NCBI GenBank assembly: GCA_965215015.1
Contig: OZ244042.1
Location: forward strand, 800,001 to 864,000
Source of the DNA: Candidatus Poribacteria bacterium
GTDB taxonomy: Bacteria > Poribacteria > WGA-4E > PCPOR2b
Reading direction: 5' to 3'
DNA length: 64,000 nucleotides
A program made the translations under genes and the position numbers. Shown one piece after another: positions 31,386 to 42,331 of the stretch; the stretch's first letter is position 1, and each line of letters opens with the position of its first letter. A model generated the notes under the pieces. That model had not been told where the DNA came from. It saw only the letters and a list, made by a program, of their open reading frames with translations, and did not search any database.

Positions 31386-32996
31386 ATGTTCGATGATTAT
31401 CGTCCCAATCGATTTGGGCCAGGGCGATCCGCTGTCATGTGCAAACATGGCGCGGTCGCCACAAGTCAACCCCTCGCTGCACAAGCAGGCTTGCAGATCC
31501 TGCGCGATGGTGGAAATGCGATTGACGCTGCCGTTGCTACAGCTGCCATGCTCAACGTTGTTGAACCGATGTCTACGGGGATTGGTGGAGATGTGTTTGC
31601 GTTGGTATATCGTCCTCAAGATGGCGTTATCCGTGGGTTGAACGGAAGTGGACGTGCGCCGTATGCTGCGGACCTTGAATTCTTTACGAAGCAGGGGTTG
31701 ACTAGCATTCCAAGCACAGGGAACCTGTATCCGGTGACCGTTCCCGGCACGGTTGATGGGTGGGCAACAATCCTCGAAGCCTGCGGCACGATGACGTTGA
31801 GCGATGTCCTCAAGCCTGCTATTGAGCACGCAGAGAACGGATTTCCAGTCAGTCCACAGATCAGCCTGGCATGGCAAGAAGCCGTTGGGCTACTTTCGAG
31901 CACGCCTGACGCCGCGAAAACCTACCTGATAAATGGACGCGCTCCCAAACCGGGAGAGGGCTTCTACCAGCCTAATTTTGCAAACACCCTCCGTCTGATT
32001 GCTGAAGGGGGAAGCGAGGCATTTTATCAAGGTGAAATCGCCAGAAAGATTGTGCAATTCTCCGATGAGAACGGCGGCTTATTCACGATGCAGGACTTCG
32101 CTGACCATACCTCGAATTGGGTAGAGCCGATTTCAACCAATTATCGAGGTTACGATGTCTACGAAATTCCACCTAACGGACAGGGGATTGCTGCCCTGCT
32201 CGCGCTGAACATCGCTGAAGGTTTCGACCTCCAATCAATGGGGCATAATAGTACAACCACCCTACACTGCTTGATTGAGGCAATGAAGCTGGGGTTTGCC
32301 GATCTGCACCAATACATCACCGATCCGGAGGTTGAGGACGTTCCCGTCGCGGGTTTACTTTCCGCCGAATACACCGACAACCAAAGGGCGCGGATTAACC
32401 TCGATCGTGCCAATATGGATCTAATCGCGGGCGCACCACCGATGGGAAGTGATACCGTTTATCTCTCCGCTGTTGACAAGGACCGCAATGTTGTTTCGTT
32501 CATCAACAGTCTTTTTGCAGGCTTTGGTTCAGGTATGGTAGCGGGGGATACAGGGATTATGTTGCAAAACCGAGGGGCAGGTTTCTCACTCAACCCGAAT
32601 CATGTCAACCGGATTGCGCCACATAAACGCACGATGCACACAATTATCCCCGGTATAATCGCCCAAAACGGCCTTCCCCTTGTAACCTTTGGCGTGATGG
32701 GGGGACAGATGCAGCCACAAGGACACCTACAATTGGTGTGCAACCTCGTCGATTTTAATATGGACGTGCAATCCGCGCTTGATGCCCCGCGCTTCCGGGT
32801 TTTGGACGGATCGACCGTCACCGTCGAAGAGGGTGTACCGATGAACGTCCAAGCCGGATTGGCGAGAAAGGGACACCAGTTACTACCGCCGTATACCTTC
32901 TTCGGTGGCGGGCAGGCAATCTTCATTCATCCCGAGTACAACACACTGATTGCGGGTTCCGAGCCACGCCGTGATGGGTGTGCTGTGGGATACTGA
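31386..32996 (+). CDS. ggt: Gamma-glutamyltransferase
   Basis: 'GGNAIDAAVA', 'GIGGD', autocleavage Thr 'SDTVYLS', 'GVMGG'. Confidence 0.95.
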   Translation: MFDDYRPNRFGPGRSAVMCKHGAVATSQPLAAQAGLQILRDGGNAIDAAVATAAMLNVVEPMSTGIGGDVFALVYRPQDGVIRGLNGSGRAPYAADLEFFTKQGLTSIPSTGNLYPVTVPGTVDGWATILEACGTMTLSDVLKPAIEHAENGFPVSPQISLAWQEAVGLLSSTPDAAKTYLINGRAPKPGEGFYQPNFANTLRLIAEGGSEAFYQGEIARKIVQFSDENGGLFTMQDFADHTSNWVEPISTNYRGYDVYEIPPNGQGIAALLALNIAEGFDLQSMGHNSTTTLHCLIEAMKLGFADLHQYITDPEVEDVPVAGLLSAEYTDNQRARINLDRANMDLIAGAPPMGSDTVYLSAVDKDRNVVSFINSLFAGFGSGMVAGDTGIMLQNRGAGFSLNPNHVNRIAPHKRTMHTIIPGIIAQNGLPLVTFGVMGGQMQPQGHLQLVCNLVDFNMDVQSALDAPRFRVLDGSTVTVEEGVPMNVQAGLARKGHQLLPPYTFFGGGQAIFIHPEYNTLIAGSEPRRDGCAVGY

Positions 32997-33147
32997 TATT
33001 ACGAAAGTTGTTACCCGTTGTTTAGGTGTCCGTATGAATCGTGAAATGTAATGCCTGATGCGTAAGTTAGCTTACTTTGGTTCATTAGTACATTAATGAA
33101 CTCTTGAGACTACAGCATATTGCTTTGAATATGTCTACTACTAGCAA

Positions 33148-34440
33148 CTAAACAGTGGCACGAATATTCGCCCGTGTTCCTTCAACATCAAAACAGGCGT
33201 ACTGATTATTCCGCATGATGCGCGTTGCGATTTGCATCGCCTGCGCTTCGGTCATATAACCATCCGCTATTTCCCCTTCGAGAGCACGGCGAATCTCGTT
33301 ACGTGCCTGTATTGCATACGCCATCGCACTTGTGGGCCAATGGGTGTCCCCGCCAAACGCAAATAGCTTGTTTGATGGGACAGCGTGCAGGAACCGCCGC
33401 AAAAAGTCGCGAGAGCTATACGGATCGATGCTCCACGCCCAACAGAGATCCACCCAGATGTTACGATAGTGCTTCGCGAGTGCGACCAGTTCATCGGTAT
33501 AGGGATAGGAAATGTGCATCAGGATAAACTTGGCGTCGAGGTAACGCGCAAAGAGATCACACATGTTGCCAGCGGGGATTCGACTGATGGGCATCCGATT
33601 GTTTCCCGCGTAGTAGCCGGTATAAATCTTGAAGGGCAGGTTGTGTTCGATAGACTGCTCAACGCCTCGCGCCCAACACCAATCTCCCAAACAGAGCCGC
33701 GTTTCGACATCGATTTCCTCCGCAGGCTGAGTTAACACTTTTCGGAGAGCGGCAGACGCTTCAACATCGTTCCGTTCAACCCAATTGAGAGTGCGATTGT
33801 AGGCGTGTTGTGCCTTCACCGCAATGGCGGTGGGAGCGTGTTTTGCAAAGATTGCTTCCATCCCCTGCTTCAGCGTTTTGAGATCTACCACCTCGATTCC
33901 CGTTTCGGCGTGGATCTGTTCCAGTTCGATTTCCCCATTGCAGAAGCTACGCCACGACAGGTCATAGAGGAAGAAGTCGAGCCCAGAACTATCCGGGACA
34001 CACACCCACAGCTTATCATCGGTCTGCGTGTGGTCAAGGTTAGCGACATCATGCAGCAATCGGAAACGTTCACCCGGGCGGCGCAGCATCTTAATTTTCT
34101 CTTGGGCCGATGCTAGGTTTGCTCCGGTGAGTTCATTAATCCCGTAGGCGTGTTGTGCGATGAGTCGCACCGCCTCGCCGTATCCAGTGAACTGTGTCGC
34201 TTCCCACGCCTCTCGGACCCCCTCAAAGCGTCCAACGATATCCGTGTCTGACCCATCCATCAGACGTTTCATCGCGTCGGGCGATGCACCCGCTGCGTTG
34301 AGGTCTGCGGGGACGTAATTTCCAAACAGGTCTTGTAAGATATCTGGCCCGTTGTCCAGCCACACATGTTCTCGATCCAAATGTTCATGTGTATCAACTA
34401 AAGCCGTATCCTGAATGTGATGTGCCAAATCGGTTGACAT
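33148..34440 (-). CDS. Amidohydrolase family protein (uronate isomerase-like)
   Basis: 'VDTHEH', 'FILMH', 'FGGD'; AGGAGG RBS before ATG 34440. Confidence 0.85.
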   Translation of the reverse strand: MSTDLAHHIQDTALVDTHEHLDREHVWLDNGPDILQDLFGNYVPADLNAAGASPDAMKRLMDGSDTDIVGRFEGVREAWEATQFTGYGEAVRLIAQHAYGINELTGANLASAQEKIKMLRRPGERFRLLHDVANLDHTQTDDKLWVCVPDSSGLDFFLYDLSWRSFCNGEIELEQIHAETGIEVVDLKTLKQGMEAIFAKHAPTAIAVKAQHAYNRTLNWVERNDVEASAALRKVLTQPAEEIDVETRLCLGDWCWARGVEQSIEHNLPFKIYTGYYAGNNRMPISRIPAGNMCDLFARYLDAKFILMHISYPYTDELVALAKHYRNIWVDLCWAWSIDPYSSRDFLRRFLHAVPSNKLFAFGGDTHWPTSAMAYAIQARNEIRRALEGEIADGYMTEAQAMQIATRIMRNNQYACFDVEGTRANIRATV

Positions 34441-34479
34441 ATTTTTCCTCCTTGTATAGTCCACGCTACCACATATTAT

Positions 34480-34977
34480 AGGACTTACGCAGTTGAACCC
34501 TTAACGCCAACACCAGAAAAGGTCGTGCAATGCTCATCGTTGGTTGAACCCCCCCGGACTCTCGCGCAATGTTCCAGCGGATTGAAAATACCCGGACTAT
34601 AGCACTATAGGCCGGGTGTTTTGTCGAGATATAAGTATAGACCTGCAGGTATTGGATTAGGCGACTCGTATAGGATTGACACATCCACCGCACAAGATAC
34701 CTAGCACATTGTGCAACAGTTTTGGCCCAATCAACCCGGAACATTGCGCTATAGTCCGGGGGTTTATGACTTGGATATGTCTATCCAAGCGAAGCGGGTT
34801 TATCAACTAGCAACTATCAACTAGCAACTTAGGTTACAATAAATCCTTACCGAGAGCCCCCGATTTCATAGGGGACAGCAATTGTTATTCCCTATACAGA
34901 ACCGAGCGTCCACGATTCAGTAAGTCCCAATCAAGGTTTCGTGCCAATGGTATCGGGGGCGGAAGTGCGTAACCCCT
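34480..34977. mobile_element. Composite MITE-like element (AGGACTTACGCA family) with nested ~37-bp inverted repeat
   Basis: Ends aggacttacgca / tgcgtaacccct; inner IR ~34547-34585 vs ~34729-34764. Confidence 0.6.
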
Positions 34978-35067
34978 ATGAATTGGGCCTCGTATTTCAT
35001 AAAGAATCCCAATGTAAAAAAATTAGCGTCCATAACTGATACAAATTCACACTGACGATTATTATGT

Positions 35068-35354
35068 AGTACTTATGCAGTTGAACACTCAAAGCACACC
35101 CTGCCTTAGATACCCGTTGGCGGTGACACTTCTCCAGTTCCCAGAGGTGATTTGCCTACGCTAGCCTAGATTGCTTATCCCATTTTGCCGCGTTGTAACG
35201 GTTGTCGTTATTTTTCAGGCTGGATTCTAACAGCCTCGGTATAACTGTGTATCTATGAGTTGCAATCGGAAAGTTGATAGTGTCATATTCAGTTTATTTG
35301 GGTGGATTCATAGCTTGTATTATAAGCTATTTTCTGACCAAGTGCGTGAATCCT
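35068..35354. mobile_element. Degenerate AGGACTTACGCA-family element
   Basis: Left end agtacttatgcagttgaac; right end tgcgtgaatcct. Confidence 0.45.
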
Positions 35355-35423
35355 AATATTATATCGTTTGTAATTTCATCAAAAAAAAAAAAATAAACAA
35401 TAGAAATTCCCTCGGAGGTATAC

Positions 35424-36068
35424 ATGCACTCCTGCGCTATTTTCGATCTGGATGGGACAATTATTGACAACTCTTCTGAGCGGGCTTTCCTCAAATATTT
35501 GCTTGAGGGTGGTGAACTGCCATTTCGTAATCTGTCTCAATGGCTCTTCAATTTTATCCGGATTCGAGATCTCCGTCAAGCCAAAGCAGACAAGGGCTAC
35601 CTAAAAGGCTTAGATTATCAGCATATTTGCAATTTAGCACAAACTTGCTTTACGGAACGCTTGGTAGACAGAATTTCGCCTAAAGTTTTTGACCTCATCG
35701 CATGGCACCGCGCCGAAGGACGATCGGTTGTCATCTTATCAGGATCTCTGGAATTCTTAATACGGTTTTTCCATGAATACCTGAAGGCGGATCTCATGGT
35801 CGGATACACCTTAGAAATTGTTGACGGAGCAATCACAGGGCACTGTGTGGGCTTAAATCCTTACGGCGAAAATAAAGCCCGATTGGTTCAGGAACTTGCC
35901 GAGGCACACAATTTTGACCTGAGCGAATCTTATGCCTACGGAAACCACCATTCGGACGCATACAAGCTCAAACGGGTTGGACACCCAGTTGCCGTCAATC
36001 CTGACAGAAAACTACGAGAAATCGCCGCTGCCAACGATTGGCATATTGAACAATTTCATATAGATTAA
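35424..36068 (+). CDS. HAD-IB family hydrolase (SerB-like)
   Basis: 'IFDLDGT', 'ILSGS', 'GENKA', 'YAYGNHHSD', 'AVNPD'. Confidence 0.92.
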   Translation: MHSCAIFDLDGTIIDNSSERAFLKYLLEGGELPFRNLSQWLFNFIRIRDLRQAKADKGYLKGLDYQHICNLAQTCFTERLVDRISPKVFDLIAWHRAEGRSVVILSGSLEFLIRFFHEYLKADLMVGYTLEIVDGAITGHCVGLNPYGENKARLVQELAEAHNFDLSESYAYGNHHSDAYKLKRVGHPVAVNPDRKLREIAAANDWHIEQFHID

Positions 36069-36127
36069 GTAAAGGGAAAGTGCAAAAAGTGATGTCCCGT
36101 TCCGAGGCTCCCGATCTATCGGGAGGT

Positions 36128-36190
36128 GAAACGTGAAAACCATCTGTTCATCGGTTCATTAATGAACGGTGAACTAATGAACTCAATCGG
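36128..36190. repeat. Dispersed repeat GAAACGTGAAAA...AATGAACTCAAT
   Basis: Near copy at ~53842-53894; degenerate copy at ~33040-33103. Confidence 0.55.
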
Positions 36191-36233
36191 TTGCTGCTGC
36201 AGGATTTCTTAGCATGAGCCACTAAGGAATATG

Positions 36234-37727
36234 CTAAACCGTGAACTGAAAGGCATAGAGTTTGCAATCATACATCTGAAAATGCAAACGGATTGGAACG
36301 CCCGCGAGCCCACTGACATCTGATTTCCCTTGGAAACGGACCAGCATAGAAACTGAATTCCCATTGTGTTCATCGGAATCCGCCAAGGTATAGCCTTCAA
36401 TTGGTCGCCCATCAGCGGACTGAATTTCAGTCCGAAGGATGCCCCCCGCACTCGTGTCTAGGTTCAGAGTTAATTGATTCCCCTTGAATATCAGCGGAGG
36501 GGTGGTCAGGCTTCCACCTCCATAAGGAGTGTCTGCTGAAATAAAGCCGTCCAACCGAGAAACAGCTCGGAATAGCCCACTCCCTTTCGTGGCCGACTCC
36601 GGGTCAGACTGGCTGGAATGGTCGAAGTTAGATCCTTTGTAGTAGTGCCATAAATCAGTCCCCACCCTTACGACGCCGGGGGCTGCGTAAATCATCCGTG
36701 ACGAAAGGGTGCCCCATGTCCCAAGCCGTAGAAACGGCTTCCGACCCCCGGCGTAGTGCCAGTCGATCCCATCCCGACTGGTCAGCAGTCGCACATCACA
36801 GGTGTCCGGGAAATTAATCTGCCGCTCGCTTGATATCTCCTTGCAGTCCCAGTGATATAGAAAACTCGGCATCATAAAGTAGGTATCCTGCGCGAAGGGA
36901 TATTTCATGCAGGCATTGGTATAAACATCTACATACGATCCGATACGGTCGCGACAACCGGGTGGCACTGGGGCACGAAAATCTTCCAGTGACGCTTGGA
37001 AGACAATCTCAGTCTCTGACCAATTCTGAAAATCCTCCGATTCAACACGCCCGACAGAACGACCTTGGTAGCCGTCCGCCTTTGTCCGTGAACGAACGTA
37101 TCCAACGTATTTTTGAAGTCGATCGTCCCAGAAAGGGACGTTCTGCGTATCGCAGTGGGCAGTATCGACACGCTTATCGTACACTTTCCAGTAGATTCCA
37201 TCTTCGGAGTACATCGCCACCAGACCACCGGTCTTTCCGGACTGAATATCCTCCGGGGGAATGCGCTGCATCTTGGTCCAGAGCTTGTAGCGTTCACCGG
37301 GCGGACAGGCGGAGTTCGTATCCTTGAAAACGGTTCCACCTTCCATCTCGCCACGCGGTGCGTCCGGGACACGGGGTGCAACGAAGTTGTTTTCCTTTGA
37401 ACCTTGAAACTCAATAAGGTTCAGGTTCAGCTTCGTCCAGTGGATGCCATCTTCTGATTCTGCATAAGCGATGCCTCGCAAGATTTCTGATGACCCTTCC
37501 GGCAGAATTACATCATACCAGAGTCGAAACAGATCGCCCTCCTTCAACACGGTGTTGTAGGCACCGATGAACCCCTCCCACGGTCGATCCACCACCAGCA
37601 CCGGCTCAGGAATCTGCTGCGGGGGATTCATCGTGAGGGTTAGTCCATCGCTTTCAGCGATAAATTTATCGTCGATAAACAGCTGCTTTTCCAAATTGAC
37701 GGCAATTGGTGCATCTATGTCTGCCAT
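36234..37727 (-). CDS. GH32/GH43-like five-bladed beta-propeller protein
   Basis: 'QLFIDD', 'AESEDGIHW', 'SEDGIYW', 'CDTQN', 'SRDGIDW', 'RLDGFIS'. Confidence 0.65.
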   Translation of the reverse strand: MADIDAPIAVNLEKQLFIDDKFIAESDGLTLTMNPPQQIPEPVLVVDRPWEGFIGAYNTVLKEGDLFRLWYDVILPEGSSEILRGIAYAESEDGIHWTKLNLNLIEFQGSKENNFVAPRVPDAPRGEMEGGTVFKDTNSACPPGERYKLWTKMQRIPPEDIQSGKTGGLVAMYSEDGIYWKVYDKRVDTAHCDTQNVPFWDDRLQKYVGYVRSRTKADGYQGRSVGRVESEDFQNWSETEIVFQASLEDFRAPVPPGCRDRIGSYVDVYTNACMKYPFAQDTYFMMPSFLYHWDCKEISSERQINFPDTCDVRLLTSRDGIDWHYAGGRKPFLRLGTWGTLSSRMIYAAPGVVRVGTDLWHYYKGSNFDHSSQSDPESATKGSGLFRAVSRLDGFISADTPYGGGSLTTPPLIFKGNQLTLNLDTSAGGILRTEIQSADGRPIEGYTLADSDEHNGNSVSMLVRFQGKSDVSGLAGVPIRLHFQMYDCKLYAFQFTV

Positions 37728-37796
37728 ACTTTGACCTCCGATTATGTGCTGCACCCCATACCCCTCGGTTTGGACGGGTATGATCGCTAGGTTCTC

Positions 37797-38057
37797 TTGA
37801 CATTTAGATGTCGAGATATGAATATAGACCTACAGGCTATCTGCCAGTATTGGATCGGGTGAGAAGGGCGGGCAAAATGTCCGACCTACGGGTGTGGTGT
37901 TGAGTTTTACGTCCCGGTGTCTTTGGTCCCGAAAGACTTACCAGACCGTGGATCCACGGTTCGGTAAACGTCAGCACAACACAACGGAATCGGGGGGGAG
38001 CGTTCAACCAAACTCCGTTTCGAGAATCTTGGACCGATGTACTATCAAATGTCAACA
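37797..38057. mobile_element. MITE-like element of the TTGACATTT family, inverted relative to 1033-1326
   Basis: TIR ttgacattt / aaatgtcaa; ~58-bp terminal similarity to 1033-1092. Confidence 0.6.
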
Positions 38058-38061
38058 CGCC

Positions 38062-39063
38062 CTAATCATTCGCTTCAATCATGCCTGCGGCGCGAAGTAC
38101 AGTCTCCTGAACGGTGAACTCGTGATCGAGAGAACGGTCTGGCGATTTTTCACCCCGAATATCCGCTATGAACGCGCAAAGGCTTTCGATATAGCGAGGA
38201 CGATTTTCCACCCGCACCGTTTGCCAGCCTTCGGCATAGCCGTCCCGCTCTTCATCGAGACAGAGGCGTAATGCCGGCGGCTCAAGCGGTTCAAGGATTG
38301 CGCTGCCGCGTGTGCCGTAAACTTCCAGCCGCCTCGATGCCCCCGATGAAACTTCCAGTCCCGTTGACTCGATAATCGCCATCGCACTCGGATATTCAAG
38401 GACAGCTGCTGTATTATCGTGATACCATGGAAAAGCCTTGTCTTCATTCTTTAAAAACGGAGTCACGCGATCTGGACGCCCCAATAAGGCGACAAAGATG
38501 TCGATCAGGTGGCAGGCGAGTATAAACATAATGCCGCCCTCACGTTCTCCGCGTGAATCCCATCGCTTCCATTCGTCTTCGGTTGAACCACCAGATGCTA
38601 TCCGTCCACGGACAGAGAAGATATCTCCGAGCTTGCCCGACCATGCCCAATCGAGGATGAACTGAAAGCCCGCATTGTAGCGGAACATATAGCCGAGTTG
38701 CACCAGCAACCCTTTCTCCCGTGCGATGTCTAAAACTGCACGGAACGCCTCCAAGTCATCGCCGGCGGGTTTATCGAGCCAGATATGCTTGCCTTGCTCA
38801 AGTGCTTCCCGCGCAAAGCCGAGGTTTTCCGAGACCCGCCCTTGGACAGCAATTCCAACAATTGATTCATCTTCTAGCATCTCCTCTTTCGACGAAAACC
38901 AGTGAGCACTATCATAGGGAGATGTATTTCCGAGTGTGTTGCGGGTGTCCGGTGTCGGCTCAAAGATACCGCAAAAATCGACCTCATCGCTCTCCTGCAT
39001 CACCCGCGCTTTTCCTGACGCATGATCATGGGATATACCGTATTGTGCAAGCTTGATCTTCAT
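38062..39063 (-). CDS. Gfo/Idh/MocA family oxidoreductase
   Basis: 'AQYGISHDH', 'LDKPAG', 'GYMFRY', 'CHLID'. Confidence 0.9.
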   Translation of the reverse strand: MKIKLAQYGISHDHASGKARVMQESDEVDFCGIFEPTPDTRNTLGNTSPYDSAHWFSSKEEMLEDESIVGIAVQGRVSENLGFAREALEQGKHIWLDKPAGDDLEAFRAVLDIAREKGLLVQLGYMFRYNAGFQFILDWAWSGKLGDIFSVRGRIASGGSTEDEWKRWDSRGEREGGIMFILACHLIDIFVALLGRPDRVTPFLKNEDKAFPWYHDNTAAVLEYPSAMAIIESTGLEVSSGASRRLEVYGTRGSAILEPLEPPALRLCLDEERDGYAEGWQTVRVENRPRYIESLCAFIADIRGEKSPDRSLDHEFTVQETVLRAAGMIEAND

Positions 39064-39083
39064 TGAGACCCTCCTTTGACATT

Positions 39084-39758
39084 TTAAGACGTGACTGCCT
39101 CCTGGGGCAGGTGGCTAATCTTGTTAAGATAATGCAGTTGTCTCCGCTCCAATGTGAACAGGATTTTACTAACCCCTGTATTGTTTTGGGTGAAGCGCGA
39201 ATAGCTTACATCTGGCGGCAGACCAAAGAATGCACTGATTAAGCTCCCACCGGAGCCCCCGTGAGAGACAACGGCAACTCGTTGCTCTGCACCGACGTGA
39301 TATTCTGTCAAATGGGCGATGAAAGCCAAGGCATTCTCATGTGCCAATTGACGCATGCCTTCACTGTCTGCCGCAACCCCCGTGTCAAACCACCAACCTT
39401 GGTCGGTTATATCTTCGGGTAAAACGACATCGGGACAGATTTCACGGATTTCAGAGCGGGTCAATCCGGGCAGTTGTACGGCGGTTTCATCTCCACGGGC
39501 TTCCCAGATACCGCCCCACTCATGAAGTCCAACGAAGACGTGTGGAGGGAGCCCGAGAATGGTGCTGATAATCTGGGCAGTCTGCAATGTCCTCAACATC
39601 GGGCTACAGTAGAGCCAAGTAATACCCTCATCCTTGAGAGATTCACCGACCCAGCGTCCCTGCTCCACCCCAATATCCGTCAACGGCGGATCTGCAGCAC
39701 GCGGGAGTTTCCCTTCGTTGTTAGTAGATTGTCCGTGTCGAATCAGGTAAAGTTCCAT
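39084..39758 (-). CDS. Histidine phosphatase (phosphoglycerate mutase) family protein
   Basis: 'LIRHGQS', 'SPMLRTLQTA', 'VSHGG'; GGAGG RBS before ATG 39758. Confidence 0.92.
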   Translation of the reverse strand: MELYLIRHGQSTNNEGKLPRAADPPLTDIGVEQGRWVGESLKDEGITWLYCSPMLRTLQTAQIISTILGLPPHVFVGLHEWGGIWEARGDETAVQLPGLTRSEIREICPDVVLPEDITDQGWWFDTGVAADSEGMRQLAHENALAFIAHLTEYHVGAEQRVAVVSHGGSGGSLISAFFGLPPDVSYSRFTQNNTGVSKILFTLERRQLHYLNKISHLPQEAVTS

Positions 39759-40313
39759 GACGATTGGTTGCCTCCAAAATAAAATTTTGTTCTTTTTTCG
39801 GGCTTTCAACAGACCAAACATCCCTAATCGGATCAGAAAACAAGGTATTATACCCCAAGTGCCTAGATACCCCGTAGGAGTCGAGTTTCCACACTCGACC
39901 CCTATGAGAAATAACCAAATCTACCTTAGATCAGGGTTGGCGAACGACGAGCATTGATTTTCTCAATATATCGTGGATCAACCCAATGCGGTACATGTCG
40001 CCTCGCTGGGGCTATGGGTCGGGTAAGATGTCTGATCTACGGGTATGCCTACTACTAGTAACTTGTGTTATTATACTATGTTTTGACCCTATCCGCATGA
40101 TAAAATGATAGCCAAATTTCTGGGTAAAAATCTGGCTTTCGTGATATAATAGTTGGGCAAAGAGATTGAAACAGAATTTAAGGATTTTCAGGAGTGAATC
40201 CTGCTTGAGTCAATCTGCGAATCCCCAGAGACAAAATAGGAACGCAGATTTGCGTTCCCTACATAGGACTAAAATTTCGTCTCTAAATCCTGTCTAAAAT
40301 TAAGGAGGAATTT

Positions 40314-41546
40314 ATGGCAAGTAAACTCGTTATGTCCGGTGGAACGCCTGTCCGTGACACGCAAAAAAATCCGTGGCCCATTTCGCCTCTAGCCGGTGTG
40401 GAAGAATGGGAGTCGGAAATAGAACCAAGGTTGCGCGAAGTCTATCTTAGTGCGACGGAGGGATTAGGCGGTCAAAAAATAGAAGAACTCAATGAGAAGT
40501 ACGCTGAATACACCGGCACAAAATATGCTATGTTCATGCCGCATGGGACCGATGCAATCAGTGCCGCGTTGGCGGGTGCACTCGATCTGGACGGCTTTGG
40601 CGATGGCGGCGAGGTGATTATCCCCAATTATACCTTTGTCGCAACGGCAAGTGCCGCTCTCGATCGGAATTGTACCATTGCGTTTGTGGACATCGAACCG
40701 AATAGCTTTACAATTGATCCCGCTGCTGTGGAAGCCGCAATTGACCCAAACCGGACCCGGGCGATTTTGCCGGTGCATTTGGGCGGACACCCCGCACACA
40801 TGGACGCCCTGCGACAAATCGCAGATCAACATGGAATCGCAATCGTTGAGGATTGTGCACAGGCACACGGTGCAGCGTATCAAGGAAAAAAGGTGGGGGG
40901 ACTCGGTGATGCGGGGGCTTTCAGCTTCCAATCGTCCAAGAACCTGACTTCGGGTGAAGGCGGGATGGTAACAACGGATGATAAAGACGTTCGCGACCGC
41001 GTCTCTGCCTTTATGAACGTTGGACGGGCACCGGGCGGCGCACGATGGGAGTATCCACGCCTCGGCTGGAACTATCGTCCATCGGAATACCTTGCAGCAC
41101 TGCTCATCCCGCGTCTGGGCAAATTGGAGGAGCAAACAGCACGCCGAAATGTAAACGCGGCGTACCTCTCAACGGAGTTGAAGCAGATTGAAGGCTTCAC
41201 ACCTCCAAAACTGAGCCCTTGGGTTAACCAACACGGTTATCATCTGTATTGTGCCAAGTACAATCCAGAAGGGTTCGGCGGAGTGCCGCGGAGCAAATTT
41301 CTCGAAGCACTGAGCGCAGAGGGTATCCCTTGTTCAAGTGGGTATGGTGCCCCACTTTCGCAGGAGGCTGGTATCGCACATGCCGCTCAGAAATATCCGC
41401 GTCTAGTTCGTGAACTTCCCTGTCCCGTCGCGGAGCAGGTGTGTCAAGAAAGTGTTTGGCTATTCCAAAACCTTCTACTCGGTTCACGTAAGGACATGGA
41501 CGACATCGTTGAAGCAATTGCAAAGATCCAACAGGCATGGACGTAG
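40314..41546 (+). CDS. DegT/DnrJ/EryC1/StrS family PLP aminotransferase
   Basis: 'YTFVATA', 'EDCAQAHG', 'FSFQSSKNLTSGEGG'. Confidence 0.95.
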   Translation: MASKLVMSGGTPVRDTQKNPWPISPLAGVEEWESEIEPRLREVYLSATEGLGGQKIEELNEKYAEYTGTKYAMFMPHGTDAISAALAGALDLDGFGDGGEVIIPNYTFVATASAALDRNCTIAFVDIEPNSFTIDPAAVEAAIDPNRTRAILPVHLGGHPAHMDALRQIADQHGIAIVEDCAQAHGAAYQGKKVGGLGDAGAFSFQSSKNLTSGEGGMVTTDDKDVRDRVSAFMNVGRAPGGARWEYPRLGWNYRPSEYLAALLIPRLGKLEEQTARRNVNAAYLSTELKQIEGFTPPKLSPWVNQHGYHLYCAKYNPEGFGGVPRSKFLEALSAEGIPCSSGYGAPLSQEAGIAHAAQKYPRLVRELPCPVAEQVCQESVWLFQNLLLGSRKDMDDIVEAIAKIQQAWT

Positions 41547-41631
41547 GCGCAACGATCGTTGCGCCCTACAAGAGCAAACCCAACAAATACTGTAGTTGCC
41601 CAACTCATCGGGCACATATATGGAGGAACGC

Positions 41632-42171
41632 ATGGACTTAGAAACAGCAACGTTCGGTGGTGGATGTTTCTGGTGTGTCGAAGCTATTTATCAAGATCTC
41701 CAAGGTGTACATGAGGTAATCTCCGGTTATTCGGGGGGTGTGGTTGAAAATCCAACCTATCAACAGGTCTGCAGCGAAACCACCGGCCACGCCGAAGTTG
41801 TGCAGATCACTTTTGAGCCTGAGGTTATTTCTTACGAAGACATATTGTATATTTTCTGGCGTACCCATGACCCAACCACCTTGAATCGGCAAGGTGGTGA
41901 TGTCGGAACTCAATACCGCTCTGTGATTTTTTATAATAGTGAGGGACAGAAAAGGGTAGCGCAAAAATCAAGGGAAGAAACCGATGCTTCGGGGTTATGG
42001 CAGAATCCGATCGTTACGGAAATTGAACCGGCGGGGATTTTTTATCCCGCAGAGGCGTACCACCAGAATTATTACCGACTGAACCCCTATCAGCCATATT
42101 GCCAAGTGGTCATTGACCCCAAAGTCCGGAAATTTAGGAAGGCGTTTCGGGATAAACTGAATCCGAACTGA
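41632..42171 (+). CDS. msrA: Peptide-methionine (S)-S-oxide reductase
   Basis: 'GGGCFWC', 'TGHAE', 'GTQYRS', 'AEAYHQNYY'. Confidence 0.97.
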   Translation: MDLETATFGGGCFWCVEAIYQDLQGVHEVISGYSGGVVENPTYQQVCSETTGHAEVVQITFEPEVISYEDILYIFWRTHDPTTLNRQGGDVGTQYRSVIFYNSEGQKRVAQKSREETDASGLWQNPIVTEIEPAGIFYPAEAYHQNYYRLNPYQPYCQVVIDPKVRKFRKAFRDKLNPN

Positions 42172-42331
42172 ATCCGCGAATCTAAGCGAAACAGTCTCTG
42201 ATGGTGAGAGTTTATCAGTGCGGATTCGCGCGACTAGCGGACACTGATTAGATCGCGAACTACTGAGAGGGGTTCGTCCCGATAAATCGGGATTTATATC
42301 CGCTCACCCCATGGAAAGGAAACAGATAACT

